The notes under the pieces are model-generated. The model saw only the letters and a program-made list of their open reading frames with translations. It was not told the DNA's origin and ran no database searches. This document shows positions 49,701-61,524 of a DNA stretch of 64,000 bases, one piece after another. Both the position numbers and the translations under genes were made by a program. The stretch is from Mustelus asterias (taxonomy: Eukaryota): NCBI RefSeq assembly GCF_964213995.1, contig NC_135822.1:60202001-60266000 (forward strand). Direction: 5' to 3'. Every line of letters starts with the position of its first letter. The stretch's first letter is position 1.

Positions 49701-52700
49701 CTGTCAGAATGGGATACAATGGACTAAATTAGACCGACCGACTCAAAAGCAGCTCCTTCCCTGCTGCCATCAGATTTTTGAATGGACCTACCTCGCATTA
49801 AGTTGATCTTCATCTACACCCTAGCTATGACTGTGACACTACATTCTGCACTCTCTCCTTTCCTTCTCAATAAACAGTATGTTTTGTCTGTATAGCGCGC
49901 AAGAAACAATACTTTTCTCTGTACACTAATACATGTGACAATAATAAATCAAATCAAAAATCAGCGCTTAGCTGGGACAATCCCAGTCCTGCTCCTTACC
50001 CTGCCTCTTCAATTGCAAATATTTATCCAATTTCACAATGCCCCGTTCCCAAGATGATCCAATAGTGCCACAGCCCTCAACACAAAGAGATTTCTCTTAA
50101 GCTCAATTCCTCATTCAACTTCTCAAGCAGAGGAAATCATTCTTTGCTGTTCACGACCACACTTTTATTTCCTGCCAGAGAATACTTTTCATTGGACACT
50201 AACACATGTGACAATAAATCAAATCAAATATGGTTCGTTTTGAGGCTTTTCATGACTTTAAAAGCACTCTATAAATACATGGTGCCACAGCTGTGGCCCA
50301 GTTAGTACCAGTCTCACCCCTGAGTTTCAAATTCTTCAGGTGCACACTTGAGCAGAAAAATCAAGGCTGCCACTTCAGTGCTGTACTGAGGGAATGTGAT
50401 ACTATCGGATGTGCCACCTTTTGGATGAGATGTAATCCAACATTCTGTGCCTATCCGGGTTTATATCACTATGTGCAGACTAATTGCCTTGTTTCCCACA
50501 CTGCAGCAATGACTACACTTCAGAAGTTATGGCTGTTAAGCAATTTGAGATATCCAGTGGTCATGAAAAGGGCTATACAAATGCATTTCCTTCTCTGTAG
50601 GATTACTGCAGTCATTATTCCCCAACCCACCAACCTTTCCATGGTTGTCCTCAAGTGGATTTGGTTTCTTTGCAAATAATTCTGCCTGACGCATGCTTGA
50701 CCTTGCTGATGGCTCGGAGTAACACTGAATCTGACAGTTGGAGGAAATCACTGGTTTATTCCCTTGCTAAAGGTTTGCTGACAGCAGCTCGGGAGGTGGG
50801 GTGGGCACGGTGGCACAGTGGTTAGCACTGCTGCCCCTCCGTGCCAGGGAATCTGGGTTCGATTCCCGGCATGCGTCATTGTCTGTGCGGAGTCTGCGCA
50901 TTCTCCCCATGTCTGCGTAGGTTTGCTCCGGTTCCTTCCCACAGTCTGAAAGACGCGCTGGTTAGGTGCATTGGCCGTGCTAAATTCTCCCTCAGTGTAC
51001 CCGAACAGGCGCCAGAGTGTGGCGACCAGGAGATTTTCACAGTAACTTCATTGCAGTGTTAATAATGTAAGCCGACTTGTGACACGAATAAATAAACTTT
51101 TACGGTAACCCAAAAAGCGAGGGGGAGAAAATGACCTTTAATGCCAGGGGTTATGGGCCTGGGTGGGATTGTTGTCGCTGCAGGCTTGATGGGCCAAATG
51201 GCCTCCCTTCATCACTCTGTATTCTATGAAAAAAGCTTTTGATCACTGTATAGGAAGTGACTTAGCACAAAGGCATCTGTGACTTTTGAATGAAGACAAT
51301 CTGGCGTGTAAAATCTGTAGCCAATGGTCTTTCTGAAAACCATGCATTCCAGACCCAGAAGTGACAAGAATGAGGAAGGAATACTTAACAGTAGAAATGT
51401 GTGAGTCAAATCCAGGAAGATGACCTTGAGAAGCCACTGACCAATAGCGGTTGTTGGTAATTCTTTTGGTCTCATTTAACCTCCTCCAGGCTATCTTCTT
51501 TTTTTGGTTGTCTTCCACTTTCTGCCTTGCCTCCTGAACATTTTTATTCCCATTTACTTGGTCCTGTTTTTCATCCAATCACCTTTTTTCTTTTGTTTCA
51601 GTTTGCCTTCTCCCCTTTCCCTACTTTTACATTTGTTTTGAAGCGGCCATCTCTCTTAACTTTATTCCCATTCTGATCAAAGTTCACCAACTCAAAACAT
51701 TAACTCTGTTTCTCTCCTGGATTGCCTGACCTTTTTAAGTATTTCACCACTTTGTTTTATTTCAGTTTTCCATCATTTGACAATATTTTGCTTTAGCCTG
51801 AGTGAGCTAACTAGTTTTGGATGAACTCTCAAATTTTTTGATTTGATTTATTACTGTCACACATATTAGTACACAGTGAAAAGTATTGTTTCTTGCGCAC
51901 TATACAGGCAAAACATACCGTTCGTAGACCAGGAAAGGAGAGAGTGCAGAATGTAGTGTTACAGTCATAGCTAGGGTGTAGAGAAAGATCAACTTAATTT
52001 GAGGTAGGTCCATTCAAAAGTCGTGACAGCAGCAGGGAAGAAGCTGTTCTTGAGTCAGTTGGTACTTGACCTCAGACTTTTGTACCTTTTTCCCGATGGA
52101 AGAGAGAATGTCCAGGGTGCGTGGGGTCCTTGATTATGCTGGCTGCTTTTCTGAGGCAGCAGGAAGTGTAGACAGAGTCAATGGATGGGAGGCTGGTTTG
52201 AGTGATGGACTGGGGTTCGTTCACAACCCTTTGTAGTTTCTTACAGTCTTGGGAAAAGCAGGAGCCATACCAAACTGTGATACAACCAGAAAGAATGCTT
52301 TCTATGGTGCATCTGTAAAAGTTGCTGAGGATCGTAGCTGACATGCCAAATTTAAGGTACTAACAGGCAATAATAAAAGTTAAAACAGGTTGATACAATT
52401 ATTGACGGGGCGATTGGTGCTGGTCTTGACTGCTAACTATTTGAATCTTGGTTGTTTTCTTTGTAGTAATTGTAGTAATTTTGACTTACTGAACAGGTAT
52501 CACAAGTGAGACAATTCTGAAGCCAGCCAGTATCACTGAGGATGAAGTGCTGGAGCTGATTTCCAAACTCAACAATGATGATAAAGTCGACGGGTTGCTT
52601 GTACAGCTACCTCTACCTGGTAGGGGATTGCTATGCAAATTAACTGTGTATTTGCTTGAATACTAACTTGAGCAAAGATGTGCTTTTGTTTTGTCGGACT

Positions 52701-55700
52701 GAGTGCTATTCAGCTGAGTATCTGGAAAACCGAGCCACCATATTGGTATACGCTGAAATGGTTAAACGAGTAATGATTTTTTTCCCCAAAAAAACCCCAA
52801 AACACTGGAAAAACGCAGCAGGTACAGCAGCTTGATATGATTTGATTTATTATTATCGCATGTGTCAGTATACAGTGAGAAGTATTGTTTCTTGCGCACT
52901 ATATAGACAAAGCATACCGTTCATAGAGAAGGAAAGGAGAGAGTGCAGGATGTAGTGTTACAGTCATAGCTAGGGTGTTGAGAAAGATCAACTTAATGCG
53001 AGGTAAGTTTATTCAAAAGTCTGATGGCAGCAGGGAAGAAACTTCTTGAGTCGGTTGGTAAGTGACCTCAGATTTTTGTATCTTTTTCCCGACGGAAGAA
53101 GGTGGAAGAGAGTATTTTCGGGATGCGTGGGGGTCCTTAATCATGCTGGCTGCTTTTCCGAGGCAGTGGGAAGTGTAGACAGAGTCAGTGGATGGGAGGC
53201 TGGTTTGCGTGATGGATTGGGCTACATTCACAACCCTTTGTAGTTTCTTGATTCATGACCTTTTGTAGTTTCTTGGAGCTTCATGGAGGGAGATGTGGAG
53301 TCTATGTTTTGCGTCTTTTATCCATTTGAACTTTTGGATTAGTGTTATGTTGCAGTTGCACTAAAATGGTCAGACAGTTCTGGATATGGTCCAACAGTTG
53401 TGGATAACGATGTAATCATGTAATTTGATTTATTGCAAAATATGTAGAACAGTGCAGCAAAACAAATCCTTTTTCTTAAACAAATAGGAGATTTTAAAGG
53501 AAGTATTTTTAAAAAAGAACTTCTTTTTAAAAAAAACAGCTGATCACATAGGATGGCATTTGCATTATTCAGAGACTGCTTTCTGCCCCAACTTGTTTTG
53601 TGTTTCAAAGCCTTGACATCTCTGACTCAATTACCAGGCATTTTCCACACCTAGGTATTAAAAAAAGCTTTATTCTTATTTGTTCCTTTAGCGCAGATCC
53701 ATATGCGTGCAGTCATTAACATATCAAAAGGTGGTTAGATGAGCCTCGCATGAAGTAATAGAACAGAAGGGATTTACCACACCGCATGAGGCCATTTGAC
53801 TTATTGTGAATGTACAGGCTCCTTACTCGATAATCCAAACCCAACTCCACAGCCCTGTTCTTTCACCATTGCCCTCTATCTTCCCCTGTTTCAAATATTT
53901 ATGGGTGGCACAGTGGTTAGCACTGCTGCCCTCACAGCGCCAGGGACCCGGGTTTGATTCCCGGCTTGGGTCACTGTCTGTGTGGAGTCTGCACATTCTC
54001 CCCGTGTCTGCGTGGGTTTTCTCTGGGTGCTCTGGTTTCCTCCCACAGTCCGAAAGGCGTGCTGGTTAGGTGGATTGGCCATGCCAAATTCTCCCTCAGT
54101 GTACCCAAACAGGCACCAGAGTGTGGTGACTCGAGGATTTTCACAGTAACTTCATTGCAGTGTTATTGTCAGCCTACTTGTGACACTAGTAAATAAGGAT
54201 AAACTTTACTTTCTTATAAGTTGCAATAGTCTCTGCCTCAGTTGGTCTATTTACTACTAATCATATTTCTAGAAGTTATTTCAGCTCCTGGTTAGGAGTT
54301 TTTCTCAACCAACCCCTTTTAAACAGTGTAGGAATCACTCTTTTTGTGTGCCTTCCTTACTATTGTTTCATTTTTCTCCCTAAAATGGGAACATTGGCCA
54401 TTTCTCTGTTATAAGTTGCACCTTGGTTAAATTAAACCATTCGTGTTTGTGGCTTTACAAAGACTTTTACAGTCTGTGCTAGGCTGGCTTATCATCTCCC
54501 CAAAATGTCAGCAGCAGCTTATGATATTGTACAATTGTGGATCTGAAAATGTACGTCACAAACAAATGTGTGCATGGCACCGACAAAGAAATATTCTTCA
54601 ACATCTTGAAGTTTCCCAGAAAAACTTACACAACACGGTGGCACAGTGGTTAGCACTGCTGCCTTAGAGCCAGGGACCCGGGTTCAATTCCAGCCTCGGG
54701 TCACTGTCTGTGTGGAGTTTGTACATTCTCCCTGTGACTGCATGGGTTTCCTCCGGGTGCTCCGGTTTCCTCCCACACTCCAAAGATGTGCGGGTTAGGT
54801 GGATTGGCCAGGCTAAATTGCCCCTTTGTGTCAGGGGGACTAGCTAGGGTAAATATATGGGGTTATGGGGATAGGACCTGGGTGGGAATGCGGTTGGTGC
54901 AGACTCGATGGGCCAAATGGCCTCCTTCTGCACTAGGGTTCTATGATTTCAAATTCAACTGAAGCTCTGAAGAAGAGTCACATGGACTCGAAACATTAAC
55001 TCTTCCCTCTTCCTCAAAAATGCTGCCACACCTGCTGAGGTCTTCCAGCATTTTTCTGTTGTTTAATCCAGAAAGGCTGTTTCCTCCTCTTTCCAAGACT
55101 ATCCTGAACTCGAGACGTGTCTTAAGCAAGAGCTATCCAGACAAACCTGCTTCCTTTGCTTGGTATGAATAATGACAAGTGTAGAAAGTGTGTGTTGATA
55201 TCTACATGAACAAATTAGGGCCAGGGATGTTTGGAGCAGAACTTTGTTTAATACTCTTGCTAAAGAAAAGAAATCTCCGTTCTGAGCAGTCTACCCAAGA
55301 AGCCATGCACTGAGTGCCATTCTAAATGATTAGGCAATACCTGCCTGGAGAACACTGAGGAATAATCAATGCATTTTGGCCATTCACAGCCTATGGTGCT
55401 TGGGGGTGGGGGTGGGGGGCGGGGGGGGGGGGGGGGCGGGGGGGGGGTGGGGGGGGAGGAGGAGCAGACACAGAAAAGCAGCGGGGGCTGAGCAGAGAAG
55501 GCACTCATTAACTTTCATATGGGGAGGCGATGGCCTAGTGGAATTATCGCCAGACTGTTAATCCAGAACCGCAGCTAATGACCCTGGTTCGGATCCCGCC
55601 ACGGCAGATGGTGGGAAAAACATGTCTGGAATTAAGAATCTACTGATGACCATGAAACCGTCGTCGATTGTTGAAAAAACCCATCTGGGTCACTAATGTC

Positions 55701-58700
55701 CTTTAGGGAAGGAAATCTGCCGTCCTTACCTGGTCTGGCCTACATGTGACTCCAGAGCCACAGCAATGTGGTTGACTCTCAACTGAGCTCGGGCAACTAG
55801 GGATGGGCAATAAATGCTGGCCAGCCAGAGATGCCAATGTCTCATGAATGAACAGAAAAAAAAATGGTGTTCAGACTTCCCTCTATTGAACCACTGTTCC
55901 TCATTTGGCATGTTGCCAGTGACATGGAATATATTGGAGGCTAGTTTTAACGCTTGGAACTTATCAGAATGAGACTTGGAACAGATAAACAGCTTGATGG
56001 TATCTTTGTTTCTCCTTACTGTGTGTAGTGACACTTGAGACTGCTCTTCAGTGTGGGTTGTTTTCCTTATGATTCCTTTTTATTAAAAGCAAAAAGGGAG
56101 GTTGGTTCTTAGCTTGTGACGGGGTTCCAAATTCAGTCAGCAAGCCCTTCTATTCCTTCCTCCCTTGCTCTTTACTAGCTTACCCTTAAAACAATGGTAG
56201 CCTTGGAAAGCAAGGTCAAGATGTATAGGATAGCACGCCTTAGTTTTGTGCTTGCTAGATTGAATGTGCTTGACGGTACAGCCTGGTTTCAATCTTAAGA
56301 GCAAAGTGATGTGCGCTTGTTTTTAAAATAATGAATTATCTTAATAGGTTGGTTCAACATTGAACTTTTTTTTCTCTTAGAGCACCTCGATGAACGCAAG
56401 GTCTGCAATGCAGTGTCTCCGGCTAAAGATGTGGATGGATTTCACGTGATCAACGTAGGCCGCATGTGTCTTGACCAGAAGTCAATGCTGCCTGCTACAC
56501 CCTGGGGAGTGTGGGAAATAATTCAAAGAACAGGTGATTTTAAAACACCGTCTCTCGGCCAGTAATTTTCATGGTACTCGTCATGACTGCTTACTTGAGC
56601 AGGAGTATTTAAAGCTGAAAATATAGCTTCCTATCTGAAAATCTTTGAACTTATTGAGGAGTTTAATGTTTCCTTGTTTTGAAAATAGGCTAAAAATTCG
56701 GTGTAGTACTGAGGGTGCATTTGGATTTCACATTTAATGTTAAATCATCTGCCTGGTATGGTGAGTTGTGTAGCACTACTTAAAGGTGTGGCAATACCAA
56801 AGAGTATGCTGTTTTCTTAGTGTATGACCCTACAACATTCCCTTTATCAGTATTACCAAAAACCCGGTGCTCCCAGGAAAAGCGATAGTGCTCAATTCAA
56901 TAGATTTGGGAAGCTTCGGCCTCTAAGATGATGCATGGGATGGGAGGGCACAGGTTCAGGCTGGCGAGACATTTTTGATATGGGAATATTTCTTAAGCCC
57001 TCACTACCAACATCCCATGGGTTACTGTTGATCAGCAACTGAACTGGACTGTCCATGTAAATACTGTGGCTAAAGAGTAGGTCAAAGGCTTGGAATTCTG
57101 CGGCAAGTAACTCACTTCCTGAGCTCCATCTGCCTCCCACCAAACCTGTCCACCATCTACAGGGTACAAGTCAGAAGTGTAATGGAATACTCCAATTGCC
57201 TGGATGAGTGCAGCTCCAACAACTCTCAAGAAGCTCAACACCATCCAAATCAAAGCAGCCTGCTTGGTTGCTACCCCTTCCACAAACATTCAATCCCTCC
57301 CCCTCTGACCAGCGGTGGCAGCTGTGTGTACCATCTGCAAGGTGCACTGTAGGAATTCACCAAGGCTCCTTTGAGCAGCAGTTTCCAAACCCGCGACCAC
57401 TCCACTTAGGAGGGCAAGTTCCTGTGCAAGTTCCTTTCCAAGCCACTCCCCGTCCTGTTTTGGAAATATATCGGCCGTTCCTTCACAGTCACTAGATCAA
57501 AATCCTGGAATTCCCTCCCTAACAGCATTGCGAGTGTATGTACACCTCATGAGCTGCAGCGATTCAAGAAGGCAGCTCACTACCACTTCTGATGCGCAAT
57601 AAATGTTGGCCAAACAGCAATGCCCACATCCCATCAATGAATTTTTTTTTAAAAAGTCACTCAACAGTTGTGTGCACTGCTGGAAGAGCAGTTGAGGCTG
57701 GGGCACTCGGTTCTACAAAAGGATAATGGCAGAGTTTCTGGAAAGAACCGATTAAATTTCCACGATGGTAGCTGTGTTGGTTGACTCCCTCGGATTATAG
57801 TTGTGGCCAGTGGCAGAATGGAAAAAACGGACTTGTTTTGAGTGTGAAATGTACGTTGTGCTCATTTTCGTGAATTGACGGGATTCCACGTTTTCCATCC
57901 AGGAATCCCAACTCTTGGGAAGAATGTCGTCGTTGCTGGACGGTCAAAAAATGTGGGAATGCCCATCGCGATGCTGCTGCATACAGACGGGGCCCACGAG
58001 AGACCTGGAGGTGAGGGTGAAATGATGCACTTGGTTTAAGTGACATGATGCGATCGACAATCTGCTGAATTTCGATTGTGTTCTTTTGACGACAGCAGCC
58101 ACAATTCTAAATATCTGATTCGAGTTTAGGACCAAGTCCATAGACACAGTACAGTCTCTGTTCTTTTTCCAAGTGTTTGGTTCTTGGCTAATGCATCTCA
58201 AACAGCCTGCCTGTACCATGTAGGCCATTCGGCCCATTGAGTCTGCACCCACCGCAATCCCACCCAGGCCCAATCCCCATAAACCCACGTATTTACCCTA
58301 GCTAGTCTCCCTGACACCAAGGGGCAATTTTAAACTGAGTATTCTCACCAAATTTTACCGACTGGCGGTTGCCCTGACATGAAGTTTAATAAAAACATTA
58401 TTCAAGATATTTAAAATGTTAATGGGCCTTCATTTTGAAGTTCAGTCTGCTTTATTTATTCCTATTAACTATTGTACAAAATTAGACCCCCATGATGCAA
58501 TTTTACAAGTGCCGTCATGTTTTTAAGTGGCCCCTAAATCTGCGTTAATAATGGTGGGAAGTGGGTTTTGTGACTTCTGGGAAGAGTACCAATTGGAAGT
58601 GCCCCAATTTGGGGCGGCATGGTGGCACAGTGGTTAGCACTGCTGCCTCACAGCGCCAGGGACCCGGGTTTTATTCCCGGCTTGTGTCATTGTGTGGAGT

Positions 58701-61438
58701 TTGCGCGTTCTCCCTGTGTCTGCGTGGGTTTCCTCCGGGTGCTCTGGTTTCCTCCCACAGTCCAAAGATGTGCGGGTTAGGTGGATTGGCCATGCTAAAA
58801 TTGACCCTTTGTGTCAGGGGGACTAGCTAGGGTAAATACGTGGGGTGATGGGGATAGGGCCTGGACGGGATTGTGGTTGGTGCAGACTCGATGGGCTAAA
58901 TGGCCTCCTTCTGCACTGTAGGGATTCTATGAAGCCTACATTTTCTATGTCTCAAAGCAAAACCACTCTGTTTAAGATTAGCTATAAGATTATGCTGCTC
59001 TTTGCATTTAATTTTACAGTAAGATTGAGTCTCCTGTGATCTGAAGTTTGTGCTGTTGTGCATGCTATGAATTGGACTTCACAGCAAAGGCTAAGCCGTT
59101 GCCTTACAAGCGCAGAACTTGGTGACTGTCCACTATACCTTCCACGGTCCATTATTAAGACTCTGTATTGCAATCCCGACTTATTACATTCAGGCGAAAA
59201 GTAAATAGTTAAAGGTGGGGCCAAAATACAAAGTGGAACTAGCAGTATCAGAATTTGCCTTTTGCAAATAGGACGGTGGTTCTTCCAAGAAACTATTACA
59301 TGGGTGATGATTGAAGTGACGTGATGTGAACTGCAACCTGCTGTCTTTCGATTGTGTTCTTTTGACTCCAGCAGACACGATTCTAAATATCCGATTTTGG
59401 TTCTTGGCCAATACATGTCAAACAACCCACCTGTTGCTCTTGTAGACCGGTTGCCTCTCGTAGACTGAGCATTCTCAGTAAACTTTTATCTGACCCACTG
59501 TTGTCATGACATGAAGTTTAATAAAAACCTTACTAACGGTAGCTATCCAGAAGCACGCTTTTCAAACTCATTTCACCTGTTTAATTGCTGAATTTGTAAA
59601 AATATATTTAAAAACACACTTTCCTCCTATTGACAGCCTGAGAAATATGTTTTCCTTACAACTTTGGTTGGGGATTTAAGATAATATCTGGGCATTTCTT
59701 CAGAGACATAGGTTAGAGGTTGTTTCCTAAGCTTTGAAGCTCTTTTGAGATGCATCACTGCATTTATATATATCACTGCCTTTATAAGGGACACTGCAGT
59801 GTCCCTTTCCATCTGAAGAGTTTAATCTTGCAATTAGTGGCCCACGGAAGGCAATGAGACCCTTTCTTAATTAATCTGATGTATTTGGCTTCAAGCAAGC
59901 TCTTGTATCTCACCTATTACCTCGTACAGCACAGAGATCTATTGCTTTACTCACTAATTGAACTTTAACGCGAAGTGTTGTATTTGCAGGGGATGCCACG
60001 GTGACCATCTCCCATCGATACACACCCAAAGACCAGCTGAGGGAGTACACCAAGCTCGCGGACATCATTGTGGCTGCAGCAGGTGTGGTTTCAAGCTTTA
60101 GGAGTGTTTGACATTGGAGCCTTTGAGTAAAGTGTTGGATGTGGTTATGTTTCGGATGCAAAATGAGCATAGTGTTTCGTACCATTTTGCTTAGCTTAGT
60201 CAAAAGCAGCAGATAGAACATCCCCCAATCAAAGTGTAAACTCCAGCGTGTGACCCTTTGACAGAACCACTCATAAATGCTGGTTCATGATTTTGAGGAA
60301 TCTATTCTTTTACTTTCGGAGAGCAATCATTATTTTCGTTTGAGATGAAGGCAGGTTCAGTTGAAGCTTTTCTCAAATTACTACGTTCAGTGGAACTGGC
60401 AGCTTTTTTTGCTATCAGTGTTTGGAATTGGCTCAGTTGTGCACTACCCTGTGAGCGTTCAGTGACTATGACTAATGCGCAAATCCTACGAATCAATAGT
60501 TTAAATTGGGTGCAAATCCCCATTAATAAATTGGTAACAGGTTGTTAGATTCTGTGCTTCCATATATTAAAACAAATCCGAATTTGCACAAGTTCAAGAT
60601 TCCTTACTTGCTGGAGACTATGTAATCATATGACCCCCACCTATCTTTTAAAAAAAATTAATTTGTGGGACGTGGGTGTTGCTGGCTGGGCCAGCAGTCA
60701 TTGCCTAATCTCAAGTTGCCCAAGGGCAGTTGAAAGTCAACCACATTGCTGTGGCTCTGGAGTCACATGTAGGCCAGACTGGGTAAGGACAGCAGATTGC
60801 CTTCCTAAAGGACATTAGTGAACCAGATGGGGTTTTCCGACAATCGGTCCTTTAATTCCTGATTTTAAAAAAAATGTATCTGCCGTGGCGGGATTCGAAA
60901 GCAAGTCCCCAGAACATTACCTGAGTTTCTGGATGAATAATCGAGCGATAATACCACTGGGCCATCACCTCCCTCTGCTCGACATTTAACAAGATCAATA
61001 TTGAAATTGTTCATCAACTCCACTTTCCTGTCATATCTCTGCATTCTTTATTCCCTTGGTATCAAAAACCTGAAATCGTAGCGCTGTATGAAGAAATTTC
61101 TCCTCCTTCTCTCCATCCGAAATGCCCAATGTCTTACCCTGGAGCTGCAAACCCTAGTTCTCGACTCTGTAAATTTGATGTTTCTGTGAGGTCCCCTCCC
61201 ATTCCTCTGAAATACCGAAGAAGATGGTCTCATTCTACTCGCTATCACTGCACAAATGAATATTGTCTTTTCCGAGTTTTGTGACTTGACCGGCTTCTCC
61301 CGTGCATTGCAGGTATCCCGAAGCTAATCACCGCTGACATGATTAAAGAAGGAGCGGCAGTCATTGACGTTGGAATTAATCGTATCCAGGACCCTATCAC
61401 CGGCAAGCTAAAGCTGGTTGGCGATGTTGATTTTGAAG
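40335..61438 (+). CDS. MTHFD2: mitochondrial bifunctional methylenetetrahydrofolate dehydrogenase/cyclohydrolase, exons 1-7 (last exon beyond the window)
   Basis: Exons 40335-40417, 47718-47902, 52497-52619, 56381-56533, 57903-58010, 59990-60082, 61313-61438. [50 protein letters not shown] matches MTHFD2 rather than MTHFD2L as I recall them. N-terminal Arg/Leu/Ser-rich transit peptide. Confidence 0.95.
42031..42342 (+). mobile_element. full-length HE1 SINE
   Basis: gggcggcacagtggcatggtggttagcac...gggattctatg. Confidence 0.88.
42493..42812 (-). mobile_element. CR1/HER1-like LINE 3' fragment
   Basis: Near reverse complement of 37870-38190. Confidence 0.8.
43276..45700. repeat. ~180-bp diverged inverted repeat pair (43276-43451 / 45516-45700)
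   Basis: agaattcccattactatcaaactattcagtcagtgtt versus aacactgactgaatagtctgatagtaatgggaattct. Confidence 0.85.
44420..45270 (+). mobile_element. old L2-like LINE fragment
   Basis: ccacaggtgattccaaggatctatccttggccacc, ttacctctagacttgactatt, gccttcagctgcctggccc, typical of decayed L2. Confidence 0.5.
46022..46348 (-). mobile_element. Rex1/Babar-like LINE 3' end
   Basis: Same family as the 36245 copy. Confidence 0.75.
47046..47328 (-). mobile_element. HE1 SINE
   Basis: Inserted into a decayed CR1 segment. Confidence 0.85.
47718..47902 (+). CDS. MTHFD2: MTHFD2 exon 2 (185 nt)
   Basis: [15 protein letters not shown]...[29 protein letters not shown]. Confidence 0.95.
48395..48890. mobile_element. 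type-B V-SINE (+) with an inverted type-B copy (48605-48825) inserted in its tail
   Basis: The plus copy breaks at ggggattttt and resumes with cagtaactt at ~48830. Confidence 0.8.
49733..49958 (+). mobile_element. Rex1/Babar-like LINE 3' end
   Basis: Same family as the 9995 copy. Confidence 0.75.
50803..51226 (+). mobile_element. HE1-related SINE with composite B+A tail
   Basis: Type-B tail to ~51100, then ggggagaaaatgacctttaatg and an HE1 tail ending attctatg. Confidence 0.82.
51838..52352 (-). mobile_element. Rex1/Babar-like LINE 3' fragment
   Basis: [29 protein letters not shown]... Confidence 0.8.
52497..52619 (+). CDS. MTHFD2: MTHFD2 exon 3 (123 nt)
   Basis: [40 protein letters not shown]. 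Confidence 0.95.
52836..53275 (-). mobile_element. Rex1/Babar-like LINE 3' fragment
   Basis: [35 protein letters not shown]. Confidence 0.8.
53902..54205 (+). mobile_element. type-B V-SINE
   Basis: Head, V-domain and gtgacactagtaaataa tail. Confidence 0.87.
54633..54946 (+). mobile_element. full-length HE1 SINE
   Basis: Head, V-domain and ttctatg tail. Confidence 0.88.
55402..55462 (+). repeat. G-rich low-complexity tract
   Basis: Multiple runs of 5 or more G. Confidence 0.8.
55520..55862 (+). mobile_element. second tRNA-derived SINE family copy
   Basis: Same head, body and tail as 6139-6495. Confidence 0.75.
56381..56533 (+). CDS. MTHFD2: MTHFD2 exon 4 (153 nt)
   Basis: [50 protein letters not shown]. 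Confidence 0.95.
56900..57650 (+). mobile_element. decayed CR1/L2-group LINE 3' region with a gcaataaatg..ggcc..cccacatccca tail
   Basis: Remnant [15 protein letters not shown]...[16 protein letters not shown]; tail shared with the SINE family at 6139. Confidence 0.6.
57903..58010 (+). CDS. MTHFD2: MTHFD2 exon 5 (108 nt)
   Basis: [35 protein letters not shown]. Confidence 0.95.
58612..58932 (+). mobile_element. full-length HE1 SINE
   Basis: Head, V-domain and gggattctatg tail. Confidence 0.88.
59990..60082 (+). CDS. MTHFD2: MTHFD2 exon 6 (93 nt)
   Basis: [30 protein letters not shown]. Confidence 0.95.
60650..60972 (-). mobile_element. second tRNA-derived SINE family copy
   Basis: Reverse complement of the 6139 family. 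Confidence 0.75.
61313..61438 (+). CDS. MTHFD2: MTHFD2 exon 7 (126 nt)
   Basis: [41 protein letters not shown]. Confidence 0.95.
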
Positions 61439-61524
61439 GTAATTGGAGGATGAATGAACACAGGAGTTATTAAAAGAGTGCATGAAATATGGAGAATGTG
61501 TGGTGTGTGCCTGATACATCAGGT

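Noticed and set aside
53902-53975. tRNA-like A/B boxes in this and other SINE heads
   Set aside because: They are SINE heads continuing into V-domains, not tRNA genes.
55260-55561. Poly-Pro/poly-Gly ORFs and G-quadruplex potential
   Set aside because: Intronic G homopolymer tract, prone to sequencing error; no evidence of function.
40335-61438. Assignment as MTHFD2L with MOB1B
   Set aside because: The residues GIPTLGK, DGAHERP and TISHRY and the close divergent linkage favour MTHFD2 with MOB1A.
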